Shown: positions 21,486 to 31,544, numbered from the stretch's first letter. The stretch is DNA of 64,000 nucleotides from Verrucomicrobiia bacterium (GCA_041395165.1 JAWLBA010000001.1:136068-200067), one strand, 5' to 3'. Program-made: numbers and translations. The notes: generated from the letters alone by a model not told the origin.

Positions 21486-22000
21486 AATGCGTCGTTTCCG
21501 TCTTCAGACGAGGAAGATTTTCGATTTTAAGATGTTGCATTTACTTCAAATGAATCGCGATGCTTTTATCGCGACTGTTTTCCGGCTCATTTCACAGGGA
21601 GTGCGTTAATTATCGATCCTGAAAATAAATCTATCTTATTAAATCATCATCGCATCTTAAATAAATGGCTACAATTTGGTGGTCACTGCGATGGCAATGA
21701 GAACATTTTGGGGGTGGCTTATCGCGAGGCGCTAGAGGAATCAGGGATGACTTCTTTAAAGTTTTCTCTCAAACTTTTATCGATCTCGATATTCATGAAA
21801 TTCCTGTGAATGCTAAGCGCCAGGAGCCGGCTCATTTTCATTATGATGTTCGATTTGTTTTTGCGGCTTCGCAACGTGACAATTTGCAGGTCAGCGACGA
21901 AAGCCATGAATTAAAATGGTTTTCTTTTGAGGAAACGAGAAATCTTAATTTAGATAAAAACTTGCTTCGATTGATTCATAAGGCGATGAGTTTTAAGTGA
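21486..22000 (+). pseudogene. NUDIX hydrolase, at least two frameshifts
   Basis: The Nudix box GGHCDGNENILGVAYREALEESG sits in one frame. The N-terminal piece (MRRFRLQ..) and the C-terminal piece (IDLDIHEIP..EPAHFHYDVRF) sit in other frames. One shift is at the short A run near 21758. Confidence 0.7.
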
Positions 22001-22472
22001 GACGAGGTTTCAACCGTTTCCAAATTTCCGGAAGTTCACTTGGGTAAACACGTGTGGCCCCGACTACGGTCATGAAATTATGATCGCCCAACCAGCGTGG
22101 CACGATGTGAAGATGCAAATGATTTTCAATGCCTGCGCCTGCTGCAGCGCCTAAATTGACTCCTAGGTTCATGCCATCAGGTTTGAATTCTTGTTGTATG
22201 ACTTTGATTAGGCGCTGACTTAATGTCATAAGCTCTAGCATTTCGGTTTCAGACAAATCCGTCCAATCTCCGATAACACGATAAGGCACAATCATTGTAT
22301 GAGCGGTGCTGTAGGGAAATTTATTCAGGAGTGCCAAGCAACTTTTTGCTCTCACTAGGACCAGATTTTTTTCGTCTTCGTTTGATTGGATGATTTCCTG
22401 AAAAATCCAACGCCGATCTTCTCCTTTTTGTGTGAGATATTCCATTCGCCAAGGCGCGTGTAGCCATTCCAT
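21993..22472 (-). CDS. HIT family nucleotide hydrolase/transferase
   Basis: APWRMEYL start region and histidine triad HLHLHIVPR. ATG at 22472 preferred to the TTG at 22508. Confidence 0.85.
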   Translation of the reverse strand: MEWLHAPWRMEYLTQKGEDRRWIFQEIIQSNEDEKNLVLVRAKSCLALLNKFPYSTAHTMIVPYRVIGDWTDLSETEMLELMTLSQRLIKVIQQEFKPDGMNLGVNLGAAAGAGIENHLHLHIVPRWLGDHNFMTVVGATRVYPSELPEIWKRLKPRLT

Positions 22473-22502
22473 AGATTCAGAGTTAAGCGCACTTAACTTT
22501 AA

Positions 22503-22530
22503 TTTCAAATTTGAAATTTCAAATTTGAAA
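22503..22530. promoter_or_regulatory. 28-nt perfect palindrome (tttcaaatttgaaa x2) in the divergent HIT/holA intergenic region
   Basis: tttcaaatttgaaatttcaaatttgaaa is its own reverse complement. It lies between two divergently transcribed genes. Confidence 0.3.
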
Positions 22531-22554
22531 TGATTTATCTAGTCTAATTGTGAC

Positions 22555-23661
22555 ATGGTAAACCAATCCGCTTATTTTATTACCGGTTCGGACGAGCTTC
22601 AGGTTAAGCAGCGCGCTAAAAAGCTTTGCGAACAGCTTTCACCTCAAAATGAGTGGGCTTTAGAAATTTTAGATGGTTGGGTAGAAACGGCCGACGCCAC
22701 CATTACGATTTTAGGCAAAACGTTAGAAGCGTTACAAACTTCGAGTTTGTTGGGCGATAAAAGATTAGTTTGGCTAAAGAACGCAACTTTCTTGAGTGAT
22801 TTGCCTTTCAATCGATCTGATGCGGTGCAAGAGGCTGTGGAGGCGTTGATTGGGCTTTTGGAAAAAAGAGAAAAGGGAATTTTGCCGGGAACCCTTTTTT
22901 TACTATCGGCTCCGAAGCCTGATAAGCGTCGCACGACTTTCAAACAGTTAGAGAAATTTTGTCAAACCGAACTGTTCGATCTTCCAGCGACTGGGCAAAA
23001 AAGGAATTGGGAAAATCAAGCTGCCCATTTTGTGGAGACACTTTTTAAGAATTGGAGTAAACGCATTGATCCTCGAGCGGTTGATGCGATGGTGCAACTT
23101 TGTGGTTCGGATCATCGATTGTTGCAACAGGAAGCGGAAAAGGTTTATTTATATTCCGCACAAAAATCTCAGATTACGTTGAATGATGTGGAGCAAATGA
23201 TTTCGCCTTCCAGCGAAGAGAGTCTGTGGGCGTGGTGCGATGCAGTGGTGGAAAATCGATTTGATCGCGCCATTGTTTTATTGAGGCAACTTCAATTTCA
23301 GGAAGAAAATCCCATGGGACTTTTGGTGAATCTGGCGCATCACATTCGATTGGTTGTGCAATGTCGTATTTTATTGGACAAAAAATGGTTAATGCCGAGT
23401 TCCGGTTACACAGTGAAGTGGAAGTCTGAAGCAGAAACGATTTTCACGCGCAATGCAGAAGGGAAATTACCCACGCCTTTTCGGATCGCTCGGGTGGCCC
23501 ATCAGGCAGCTAAACAGCCGTTTTCGTATTGGTTGGATAATTTAGAAACTATTTTTCAAGCTTATTTCCATTTTTTTGAAGGCGGTACAGAACCTTATCA
23601 AAAATTAGAATTGCTCCTGCTGCAACTCGATTTATCCTCAGCTGCTAATGAACTCGCCTGA
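22555..23661 (+). CDS. holA: DNA polymerase III subunit delta
   Basis: Size and N-terminal pattern (YFITGSDELQV...) plus overall HolA-like helical C-terminal domains. Moderate recognition only. Confidence 0.7.
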   Translation: MVNQSAYFITGSDELQVKQRAKKLCEQLSPQNEWALEILDGWVETADATITILGKTLEALQTSSLLGDKRLVWLKNATFLSDLPFNRSDAVQEAVEALIGLLEKREKGILPGTLFLLSAPKPDKRRTTFKQLEKFCQTELFDLPATGQKRNWENQAAHFVETLFKNWSKRIDPRAVDAMVQLCGSDHRLLQQEAEKVYLYSAQKSQITLNDVEQMISPSSEESLWAWCDAVVENRFDRAIVLLRQLQFQEENPMGLLVNLAHHIRLVVQCRILLDKKWLMPSSGYTVKWKSEAETIFTRNAEGKLPTPFRIARVAHQAAKQPFSYWLDNLETIFQAYFHFFEGGTEPYQKLELLLLQLDLSSAANELA

Positions 23662-24514
23662 GCCTTTTCTCACACTGCAATATAACAATCAGCAAGCGCG
23701 CATTGCTCCTGCTTGTGGCGGTATTTTATTTTCTTACACGGTGGAAAATCGGCCTGTTATTCATTTTCCGGAAAATGCTTGGTCGCTTTATCCCAAACAA
23801 ATTTATTTTGGTAGCCCGATTCTTTTTCCCATCGCAGGCAAGGTGAGCCATAATGATCAGCTGCATACTTATCAGCATCAAAATAAATTGTTTGCCCTGC
23901 CGCAACACGGCTTTGCTCGTTATCTGCCTTGGAAATTGGTTCATCACACTTCGGATTCGGCAACACTTTTTCTTACTAGTAACTCGTTAACTCAACTTCT
24001 TTTTCCGTGGGATTTTGAGTTTCAACTGACTTATACTTTGAGCGAGGCAGGATTAAAAACTGAAGCGCAGATTAAAAATTTATCTTCCGAGCCCATGCCG
24101 ATTCATTTGGGTTTTCATCCTTATCTTCAATTAGACGCGCCGCAATCGGCTTATCTTCTGCGCGTGCCGGAGGCGGAAGCGCTTTATTTAGTGAGTGGGC
24201 CCGCTGCGGATCCGATCAAGCCCGAAGCTAAAGAAATTCTTTTGAACTCTTCTTTGGCGCAGACGCGTTTTTATGAGGGCATTACTCAGTTTCGTTTTGA
24301 ACTGGTCAATCGTGATTCGGGTGCAACCACAGTCATTGAAGCTGATGGCAATACTTTGCCCTGTTGCGCGCTTTGGACAGCGAAATTGGATTCTCCTTAT
24401 CTTTGTGTGGAACCTTGGAGTGCGCCGCCGAATGCATTGAATTCGGGAAAAAAGATGACTTATTTGGAGGCACACCAAACCTGGTCGACTTATTATTTAG
24501 TCAAAAGAGGTTGA
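23648..24514 (+). CDS. aldose 1-epimerase family protein
   Basis: Motifs ILFPIAGKV, LPQHGFAR, HLGFHPY, EPW. Confidence 0.75.
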   Translation: MNSPEPFLTLQYNNQQARIAPACGGILFSYTVENRPVIHFPENAWSLYPKQIYFGSPILFPIAGKVSHNDQLHTYQHQNKLFALPQHGFARYLPWKLVHHTSDSATLFLTSNSLTQLLFPWDFEFQLTYTLSEAGLKTEAQIKNLSSEPMPIHLGFHPYLQLDAPQSAYLLRVPEAEALYLVSGPAADPIKPEAKEILLNSSLAQTRFYEGITQFRFELVNRDSGATTVIEADGNTLPCCALWTAKLDSPYLCVEPWSAPPNALNSGKKMTYLEAHQTWSTYYLVKRG

Positions 24515-24939
24515 AATTTTTTTGCATCTAAAAAATCACCAGCTTCGATTCCATTCCGTTCAAACCATCCTTGATTCACTTCCAGAGCAAACCAAATATC
24601 GCTGCTTAAACTTTGAATTGGCGTGGCATCCAAAGGCTGCATATCATGAATTTCGAGAATTTCGCCTTCGCGATTGATAAAAGCAATGGAAAGTGGCACA
24701 TAGGTGTTTTGCATCCAAAACGAAGCGCGCCGCGCTTGAGGAAATGCAAAAAGCATGCCTTGATTTTCAGGCAGCGTTTTTCGATACATTAATCCTTTGG
24801 CCCATTCTTGTGGTGAATCGGCGAGCTCGATTTTTAACTCTTTTTGATCGATCTTTAAAATTTGTAGTGCTTCTTGATGAGACGAACAGCCTGTGATAGT
24901 CCAAAAAATAAAGATACTTACGAATAACCAGCGGCTCAT
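24493..24939 (-). CDS. DUF192 family protein (secreted/lipoprotein)
   Basis: Signal peptide ending TGCS and the DUF192 pattern (GLMYR..L...GMLF.F....FWM.NT..PL). Confidence 0.75.
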   Translation of the reverse strand: MSRWLFVSIFIFWTITGCSSHQEALQILKIDQKELKIELADSPQEWAKGLMYRKTLPENQGMLFAFPQARRASFWMQNTYVPLSIAFINREGEILEIHDMQPLDATPIQSLSSDIWFALEVNQGWFERNGIEAGDFLDAKKFQPLLTK

Positions 24940-24976
24940 GATTGACGTGATCTTAACAAAAGTTTAATCTTCTGCA

Positions 24977-25882
24977 ATGTCAACTCAACCTGCTAAATCT
25001 TCTGGGCCGCTGGGGCGTGGCTTGGACGCGCTCTTGAATGCTAATTCCAATCCGGTTCGCGCGTTGCCTTCGCAAGACACGGTTCAAAAAATTTCTCATC
25101 ATTTATTGCAACCTTGTCCTTTTCAACCGCGCAAAAATTTTTCTACAGAAAGTCTGGAAGAGCTGGCTGCTAGCATTCGCACCCAAGGCATTTTACAACC
25201 TTTATTGGTTCGTAGGAAGGGCGATCATTACGAAATTATTGCTGGGGAACGTCGCTGGCGCGCAGCGCAGTTGGCTCAACTGCAGGAAATTCCCGTGATT
25301 GTGCGCTCACCGAATGATGAAGAATTGTTGGAAATTGCGCTTATCGAAAATTTGCAACGGCAAGATCTCAATGCCATTGAAGAAGCAGAAGGCAATGCTC
25401 AGTTGCAAGCCCAATATGATCTCACTCAAGACCAAATCGCGCAAAAAGTGGGGAAAGCGCGTGCGAGCGTGGCGAATGCATTGCGACTTTTGGAATTGGA
25501 ATCAGGCGTTAAAAACTTTGTGGCACAAAATCTTTTGTCTCCAGGTCACGCTAAAGTTTTGTTGGGAGTAAAAGAAGCTTCTTTGCAACGACAAATTGCG
25601 GATCGTATCATCAAAGAAAATCTTTCGGTGCGGCAGGTGGAGATTTTGATTCAAGGGTTAGGAAAAACGAAACGTTCGCGAGCGCGTTCTGGTGGTTCTT
25701 TAGCTTTTTCGCAACCTGCTTACCTTCGCGATTTAGAAGCGCGACTTCGTCAACATCTCACGACGAACGTGCGTATTGTTCAACATCCCGACAAAAAAGG
25801 TAAAGGCCGGGTTGAGCTGGATTATTATAATGCAGATGATTTGACGCGCTTGTTGGAATTGATTGGTCTCAAAAATAGTTGA
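24977..25882 (+). CDS. parB: chromosome partitioning protein ParB
   Basis: ParB box IIAGERRWRAA, IENLQRQDLN, and HTH region QIAQKVGKARASVANALRLL. Confidence 0.92.
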   Translation: MSTQPAKSSGPLGRGLDALLNANSNPVRALPSQDTVQKISHHLLQPCPFQPRKNFSTESLEELAASIRTQGILQPLLVRRKGDHYEIIAGERRWRAAQLAQLQEIPVIVRSPNDEELLEIALIENLQRQDLNAIEEAEGNAQLQAQYDLTQDQIAQKVGKARASVANALRLLELESGVKNFVAQNLLSPGHAKVLLGVKEASLQRQIADRIIKENLSVRQVEILIQGLGKTKRSRARSGGSLAFSQPAYLRDLEARLRQHLTTNVRIVQHPDKKGKGRVELDYYNADDLTRLLELIGLKNS

Positions 25883-25892
25883 AGCAAATTTC

Positions 25893-27707
25893 ATGCCTAA
25901 TCGCATTCAGCTTCTCGATGAATTGGTGGCGAATCAGATTGCTGCCGGCGAAGTGATTGAGCGTCCGGCATCGGTTTTAAAAGAGTTGATCGAAAATAGT
26001 ATTGATGCGGGGGCAAAAAAGATTGATATCGAAGTGGAAGTGGGAGGGCGTCAACTGGTTCGTGTGACGGATGAGGGGCATGGGATGGATCGTCATGATG
26101 CGTTGCTTTGTCTGGAGCGGCATGCCACGAGTAAGGTGCGAACTACGCAAGATATTCAAGCAATTCATACTTTGGGTTTTCGTGGTGAGGCGATTCCGAG
26201 TATTGCTTCGATTTCAAGGTTTCGGTTGCGCACAGCAGAACCCGGTGCGGCGAGCGGTACAGAGATTTTTATTGCTGGCGGAAAGATTGAGACGGTGAAG
26301 GAGATTGGCGTGCCTGCGGGGACGCAGATCGAGGTGAAAAACCTTTTTTTTAATGTGCCCGGGCGCCGAAAATTTTTGCGTTCCGTGGAAACGGAAGCGG
26401 GGCATTTGGAGCAGTTGTTTCGAACTTATGCTTTGGCGCATCCGGATGTGGGATGGACTTATCGAGTCGACAACAAAACGCTTTATCAATTGCCTGCGAC
26501 TTCTTCGGGAGAGCGACGTTTGGAGGATGTGTTGGGGAGCGAATGGGTGAAGCAATTGGTGCCGGTGAAAGCGCAGGAGCATGGTTTGTGTTTGGAGGGC
26601 TGGATTGGGCGAGCGGGGGTGAGTCGTAGTGCGAAGACGGATGAGTATTGGTTTGTGAATGCGCGTCCTGTGGAAAGTCGCACATTGTATTATGCGATTC
26701 GCGAGGGTTATCAAAATGCTTTGATGAAAGGGCGACATCCTATTGCGGTTCTTTTTTTGAAGGTTCCTGCGGAAACGGTCGACGTGAATGTGCATCCTGC
26801 TAAACGTGAAATTCGGTTTCGCGAAGATTTTCAGATTCGCCAATTTTTAGTGGCTGCTATTCGAAACGCGCTTCAAACGCCTCAGTCTACGCCTTTGGCG
26901 GTTTCTTTGAACACTTCTTATGATCAGGTGTCATCTCAAGTGGCATCGCCTGTCGCGGTTATCGCTGAACAGGTTGTTCATTCGTATGCACCGGCTGTTT
27001 CTTTAGCGCAAGTTGTGATTCCAGATGCTTTGCCATCGTCGCAAGCAACACCTTTGGATTTGCCTCTGCCTTTGTCTCGAGTGCAACCTCAGACGCAAAA
27101 TAAGAATTACGAAAATTATGGGCCTTTGCGTTTGCGTTTACTGGGTATTGTAAATCGGCTTTATATTATTGCTGAATCGGAGCAGGGACTGGTTATTATT
27201 GATCAGCATGCGGCTCATGAGCGGGTTCTTTTTGAGCGGGTGTTGAAACAGAAAATTGCAGGTGCGGCGGTAAGTCAGCGGTTATTAGTTCCTATTTCAT
27301 TAGAGCTTTCTCCGTCGCAAACTGCTTTTTTAAAATCGGTCCGAGATTCTTTTGAAAAAGCAGGGTTAGTAATTCAGGAGTTTGGTAAAAATAGTTTTAT
27401 TATTGAAGCTGTGCCTCCTTTTTTTCCTCACGAAAAAATTGCTTCCTTAGTTCAGGATATTTTGGACGAATTGCAAACTCAAGGTAATGAAACGAAGACA
27501 AAACGTCATTTTAGCGAGGAAGTTATCACTCGCACGGTTTGTCGAAAGGCTATTAAAGCTAATGATAAGATTCGCCATGAAGAAGTCGATCGGCTGATTG
27601 AGGATCTGCTGGCTTGCGATTTACCTTATACTTGTCCTCATGGTCGACCAACACTTATTCTTTTGAATCATAGCGAGTTAGAAAAGAAATTTGGGCGAAT
27701 TAATTAA
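25893..27707 (+). CDS. mutL: DNA mismatch repair protein MutL
   Basis: GHKL ATPase N-terminus (IAAGEVIERPASVLKELIENSIDAG, GFRGEAL-like) and C-terminal dimerisation motif (IIDQHAAHER, CPHGRPT). Confidence 0.95.
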   Translation: MPNRIQLLDELVANQIAAGEVIERPASVLKELIENSIDAGAKKIDIEVEVGGRQLVRVTDEGHGMDRHDALLCLERHATSKVRTTQDIQAIHTLGFRGEAIPSIASISRFRLRTAEPGAASGTEIFIAGGKIETVKEIGVPAGTQIEVKNLFFNVPGRRKFLRSVETEAGHLEQLFRTYALAHPDVGWTYRVDNKTLYQLPATSSGERRLEDVLGSEWVKQLVPVKAQEHGLCLEGWIGRAGVSRSAKTDEYWFVNARPVESRTLYYAIREGYQNALMKGRHPIAVLFLKVPAETVDVNVHPAKREIRFREDFQIRQFLVAAIRNALQTPQSTPLAVSLNTSYDQVSSQVASPVAVIAEQVVHSYAPAVSLAQVVIPDALPSSQATPLDLPLPLSRVQPQTQNKNYENYGPLRLRLLGIVNRLYIIAESEQGLVIIDQHAAHERVLFERVLKQKIAGAAVSQRLLVPISLELSPSQTAFLKSVRDSFEKAGLVIQEFGKNSFIIEAVPPFFPHEKIASLVQDILDELQTQGNETKTKRHFSEEVITRTVCRKAIKANDKIRHEEVDRLIEDLLACDLPYTCPHGRPTLILLNHSELEKKFGRIN

Positions 27708-27784
27708 TTTGACTTGCAAATTTTTTTTTATTCTCTAACGTAAATTATCTTCAAAAATTAATTCAGGAGAAAAGGAAATTATTT

Positions 27785-28927
27785 ATGAAAAAAATCACAC
27801 AATTTCTTTGTGTTGCAAGCTTGGTAGGTTTTGCATACTTAGGACAATCACAAATCTCAATTACAGGCAGTTTGCCTCAGAATTATAACCAGGATTTTGA
27901 TAGCTTGGGAACGAACAATGTTACTTGGACAGATAATTCAACTATTCCAGGTTGGTTTTATGTTCGCACAACGAATACCGTGGATGCAGGACCTGTAGCA
28001 CAACTTGCCGCAGCCGATGGAACAGTTGATCTTTTCACAGCGGCTGCCCCCCTCAATTTGGGAACTATCGCTGACACTGATAGAGCCTTGGGTGCTCGTC
28101 CTGGACTCGGTATATTTGGTTTTCCTCCACTCAGTGAGTTTTTTTACGGCGTCCAATTTGTTAATAACTCTCTAAGTACAATCACCAATGTTAGCATTGC
28201 TTATAATGGTGAACAATGGAGAGATAACAATAATATGACTCCTGGAACGCTCGACTTTTTTTATCGCGTAGGTGGTACTGATTTTATCGGAGACACTAAT
28301 AATGTTGGTTGGACAGCGTTTCCTGCTCTTAATTTTAGCAGTCCTAATAATGCGGCAATGAACATGCCTATTGACGGAAATGCCCCTGGTAATCGTACAG
28401 CGCTTAATGGTAATATTTCGGTTAACTTAGCTCCAGGTGAGGCATTTTGGATTCGTTGGTCTGATCTTGCTGATACGGGAAATGGTGATCACTTAGGAGT
28501 TGACGATGTTAATATTACCTTTGATGGGATCAATCCACCGCCAGTATTGGGGGGTGTAAAGATTGAGTTGAAAAAGCCGAAGGTGGGTAAGACACTGAAG
28601 TTTAAAGGTAGCAAAGGCTTTAAATTGAAAGCATTTGTTTTCTCTGAAAGTAATACAGTGACTAAAGCTTCCTATGCGGCATTTGGTGGAACCAACAGTC
28701 CGACCAATTTGGCCTTTATTGATGCGGGTAAATTTAAGGTTTTGACTAAAGGCAAATTATTCAAGAAAAAAGGAGTCAAAGCTATAGTGCAGAGCACGAA
28801 AACGACCAAGCCAGGTGTGGGGGTAACTGAAGGGCCTGTGACATTGTTAGTGAGAATCTTTGGTGGTAGTAATGATGCAAGCCAAGTGACTTTCACTAAT
28901 ACATTTAGTGATGTTAAGATAAAATAG
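27785..28927 (+). CDS. secreted protein, tandem-array family member 1 (N-domain + Lys-rich C-domain)
   Basis: Signal peptide. Family islands QISITG.LPQ.Y.Q.FDSLG, PGWFY, DRALG, YNGEQWRD, FFYRVGG, PGEAFWIRW, GVDDV. The C-domain has LKKPKVGKTLKFKG, GGTNSPTNL and QSTKTTKPGVG. Confidence 0.75.
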   Translation: MKKITQFLCVASLVGFAYLGQSQISITGSLPQNYNQDFDSLGTNNVTWTDNSTIPGWFYVRTTNTVDAGPVAQLAAADGTVDLFTAAAPLNLGTIADTDRALGARPGLGIFGFPPLSEFFYGVQFVNNSLSTITNVSIAYNGEQWRDNNNMTPGTLDFFYRVGGTDFIGDTNNVGWTAFPALNFSSPNNAAMNMPIDGNAPGNRTALNGNISVNLAPGEAFWIRWSDLADTGNGDHLGVDDVNITFDGINPPPVLGGVKIELKKPKVGKTLKFKGSKGFKLKAFVFSESNTVTKASYAAFGGTNSPTNLAFIDAGKFKVLTKGKLFKKKGVKAIVQSTKTTKPGVGVTEGPVTLLVRIFGGSNDASQVTFTNTFSDVKIK

Positions 28928-28950
28928 ATAGTATTTTTAGCTTATTGAAA

Positions 28951-28982
28951 GGCCGATCCAATGCTTTGGGATCGGCCTTTTT
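28951..28982 (+). terminator. rho-independent terminator after array gene 1
   Basis: ggccgatcc..ggatcggcc stem followed by a T run. Confidence 0.8.
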
Positions 28983-29057
28983 ATTTATTTTAAACTTTTT
29001 TGTATTGTGTAATTTTTAATTTCTGTTATCAAAGGCTCCTTAATAAAGGAAATTACT

Positions 29058-30168
29058 ATGAAAAAAATAACACAAATTCTTTCTACTGCAGTTTTTTTGA
29101 GTTTTATTCACTTGGGACATGCACAAATCTCAATTAGTGGTGACTTGCCGCAAACTTATACTCAAAATTTTGACAATTTTGGTACTAACAGTGTGAATTG
29201 GACCAATAATAGCACCCTAACAGGCTGGTTTTATCAAATTACTACTAATGGTGGAGGTAATATTGAAGCTTTTCAATTATTTGCTACGGATGGGTCAGTG
29301 ACTCCGACGGCATTTACTTATAATTTTGGTTCTGCTAACTCGTCAGATCGTGCCATGGGTAGTATTTCTGGATTATTTGCCGGTGTTGTGGTTTTAGAGC
29401 ATTTTTACGGTGCTCAATTCATCAATAATAGCAGTGAAACGGTGAATCAAGTGAGTAATTTTCATACGTTTGAGAAACAGTGGGAGGATAACACGCTATT
29501 TCCTCATACGCTTTCGAATTTTTATATCGCGTAGGGGGAACCGATTTTATAGCTGATGTTAGTAATGTGGGTTGGACTTCTCAAGATGCATTGGATTTTA
29601 CTACATTACAGAACTTTGGCTCGGGCGCGCTGGATGGTAATAATCCGGCTAATCGTGTTTTGCTAACTTCTTCGATTGGTGGATTAAATATACCTCCGGG
29701 GGAAAGCTTTTGGATTCGATGGGCTGATTTGATGATTTATCGACTACAAACCAAGGTGTTGGAATTGATGATGTGTCGGTGACTTTCAATAAACCTGCTT
29801 TGGGTGGGGTAACGATTGAGCTCAAAAAACCTAAAGTAGGTAAGAAATTGAAGTTCAAAGGGCAAAAAGGTTTTAAAGTTAAGGGCTTTATTTTCTCTGA
29901 AAGTAATACGGTTGCAAAAGCATCGTATGCGGTATTTGGCGGGACGAACAGCCCGACTAACTTGACCTTTATTGATGCGGGTAAGTTTAAGGTGGCTAAG
30001 GGTAAGCTAGCTAAGAAAAAGAATGTAAAAAATATTTTCCAAAGCACTAAGACAACAAAAGCTGGTGTTGGTATTGCTTCGGGATCTAGCCCTGTGACGT
30101 TGCTTGTCAAAATAACAGGTGCACACATAATAACAGTTATTTTTACCAACGTATTTACTCGATGTTAA
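29058..30168 (+). pseudogene. tandem-array family member 2, decayed (at least two frameshifts)
   Basis: Three ORF pieces (29058-29534, 29567-29782, 29773-30168) together cover the full family sequence. The frame breaks just before FLYRVGGTDF and inside the WIRWADL..GIDDV region. Confidence 0.8.
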
Positions 30169-30190
30169 GGTAAAATAATAAATTTTTAAA

Positions 30191-30218
30191 GCCGATCATT
30201 TAAATGATCGGCTTTTTT
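30191..30218 (+). terminator. rho-independent terminator after array gene 2
   Basis: gccgatcatt-taa-atgatcggc stem followed by a T run. Confidence 0.8.
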
Positions 30219-30293
30219 ATTTATTTTAAACTTTTTTGTATTGTATGACTTTTAATTTCTGTTATTAAAGGCTGCTTAATAAAGGAAATTACT

Positions 30294-31415
30294 ATGAAAA
30301 AAATAACACAATCTCTTTCTATTATAGCTTTTTTGAGTTTTATTCATTGGGGACATTCGCAAATTTCAATTAGTGGTGATTTGCCTCAGACTTATACTCA
30401 AAATTTTGACGATCTAGGAACAACCAATGTGAATTGGGCTAATAATTTAACTCTACCCGGTTGGTTTTACAATCTTGGGGTTAATGGAACGAATGATTTT
30501 CCTACTGTAGGACTAGTCACTAATGATGGGGGAAGTGCAATTGCTGGCTTTTTTAATCTTGGTAGCAATAACTCACCAGATAGAGCTTTAGGGAGTAGCG
30601 CTGGGCTTATCTTTATTTTCTTAATAGAAGACTACTATGGGGCTATCTTTAAAAATGACTCTAGTAATACTATTACAAAGGTTGATCTCTCTTACAAAGG
30701 TGAGCAATGGAGAGATAGTACAAATCTGATCCAATCTTTGCAATTCTTTTATCGCGTGGGAGGGGGAACTAATTTCATAGCAGATCCTGTCCATACAGGT
30801 TGGACTCCAGCTCCTAAATTCAATTTTGTTTCTCCTAAAAATGCTGGAATCGGTCAGCTTGATGGAAGCGATCCAGCTAATCAAAAAATCATACAAAATT
30901 CTATTGAAGGGTTAAACATTCCCCCAGGAGAAAGTTTTGCAATTCGCTGGTTTGATGTTGATGACGCTGGTTTTAATGTTGAAGATCATATTTTAGGGAT
31001 AGACGATGTTGCTATTACTTTCAGCGCACCGTTGCCAGGAGTCGCAGTGGATCTCAAGAAGCCCAAGAAAGATAAAAAACTTAAATTTAAAGGCGCTAAG
31101 GGCTTTAATCTTAAAGGGTTTGTTTCGTCAGATGTCAATCCTGTGACTAAAGTTTCTTACAAGGCTTTTGGAGGTACCAATGAACCGACTAATTTAGTTT
31201 TTACAACGGCCGGAAAATTTAAAGCTGCTAAAGGTAAGTTAGCGAAGAAAGGGGTCGATTTTATCTTCCAAAGTACCAAAACCACCCGAGCAGGTGTTGG
31301 TATTTCTGCTGGAGCCTCTCCTGTGACATTAATTATCAAAGTGGAAGGAACAGTAAGCAATACTCCTGGCTTTGCTTTTTTCACCAATATTTTTAATGAA
31401 GTGACAGCAAAATAG
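30294..31415 (+). CDS. secreted protein, tandem-array family member 3
   Basis: Same signal peptide (MKKITQ..), N-domain and Lys-rich C-domain islands as member 1. Confidence 0.75.
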   Translation: MKKITQSLSIIAFLSFIHWGHSQISISGDLPQTYTQNFDDLGTTNVNWANNLTLPGWFYNLGVNGTNDFPTVGLVTNDGGSAIAGFFNLGSNNSPDRALGSSAGLIFIFLIEDYYGAIFKNDSSNTITKVDLSYKGEQWRDSTNLIQSLQFFYRVGGGTNFIADPVHTGWTPAPKFNFVSPKNAGIGQLDGSDPANQKIIQNSIEGLNIPPGESFAIRWFDVDDAGFNVEDHILGIDDVAITFSAPLPGVAVDLKKPKKDKKLKFKGAKGFNLKGFVSSDVNPVTKVSYKAFGGTNEPTNLVFTTAGKFKAAKGKLAKKGVDFIFQSTKTTRAGVGISAGASPVTLIIKVEGTVSNTPGFAFFTNIFNEVTAK

Positions 31416-31435
31416 TTGGCCCTTTGAGCTATTTA

Positions 31436-31480
31436 AAAATCCGATCAGTTTAGCTCGATCGGATTTTTATTTTTTTTTCA
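31436..31480 (+). terminator. rho-independent terminator after array gene 3
   Basis: tccgatc..gatcgga stem flanked by A and T runs. Confidence 0.75.
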
Positions 31481-31544
31481 CTAAACAATAAAAACCATTT
31501 GCGCTTCAAGCTAAAATTAGGCATATAAATAACGTTATATAACT

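Noticed and set aside
24940-24976. A parS centromere site next to parB.
   Set aside because: I looked for the tgtttcacgtgaaaca-type palindrome around parB and did not see it in the flanking intergenic DNA.
26214-26843. A 209-aa antisense ORF inside mutL. There are similar cases at 1702-2166 in trpB, 8024-8398 in ftsH and 3191-3550 in X1.
   Set aside because: Each is fully overlapped by a strongly motif-supported gene on the other strand. Their Arg/His/Ser-rich or Phe/Ile-rich low-complexity translations are typical of shadow ORFs.
28951-30293. The repeated intergenic sequences between array genes as a CRISPR-like or other spaced repeat array.
   Set aside because: There are only two copies, each about 80-100 bp. 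Each consists of a terminator plus a promoter/RBS module duplicated together with the flanking genes. There are no short regular repeats with unique spacers.
28672-31387. Antisense ORFs (28672-28896, 29649-30149, 31157-31387) opposite the array C-domains.
   Set aside because: They mirror the Lys-rich (AAA/AAG) sense codons as Phe/Leu-rich strings. They lie wholly inside better-supported sense genes and have no start context. They are composition artefacts.
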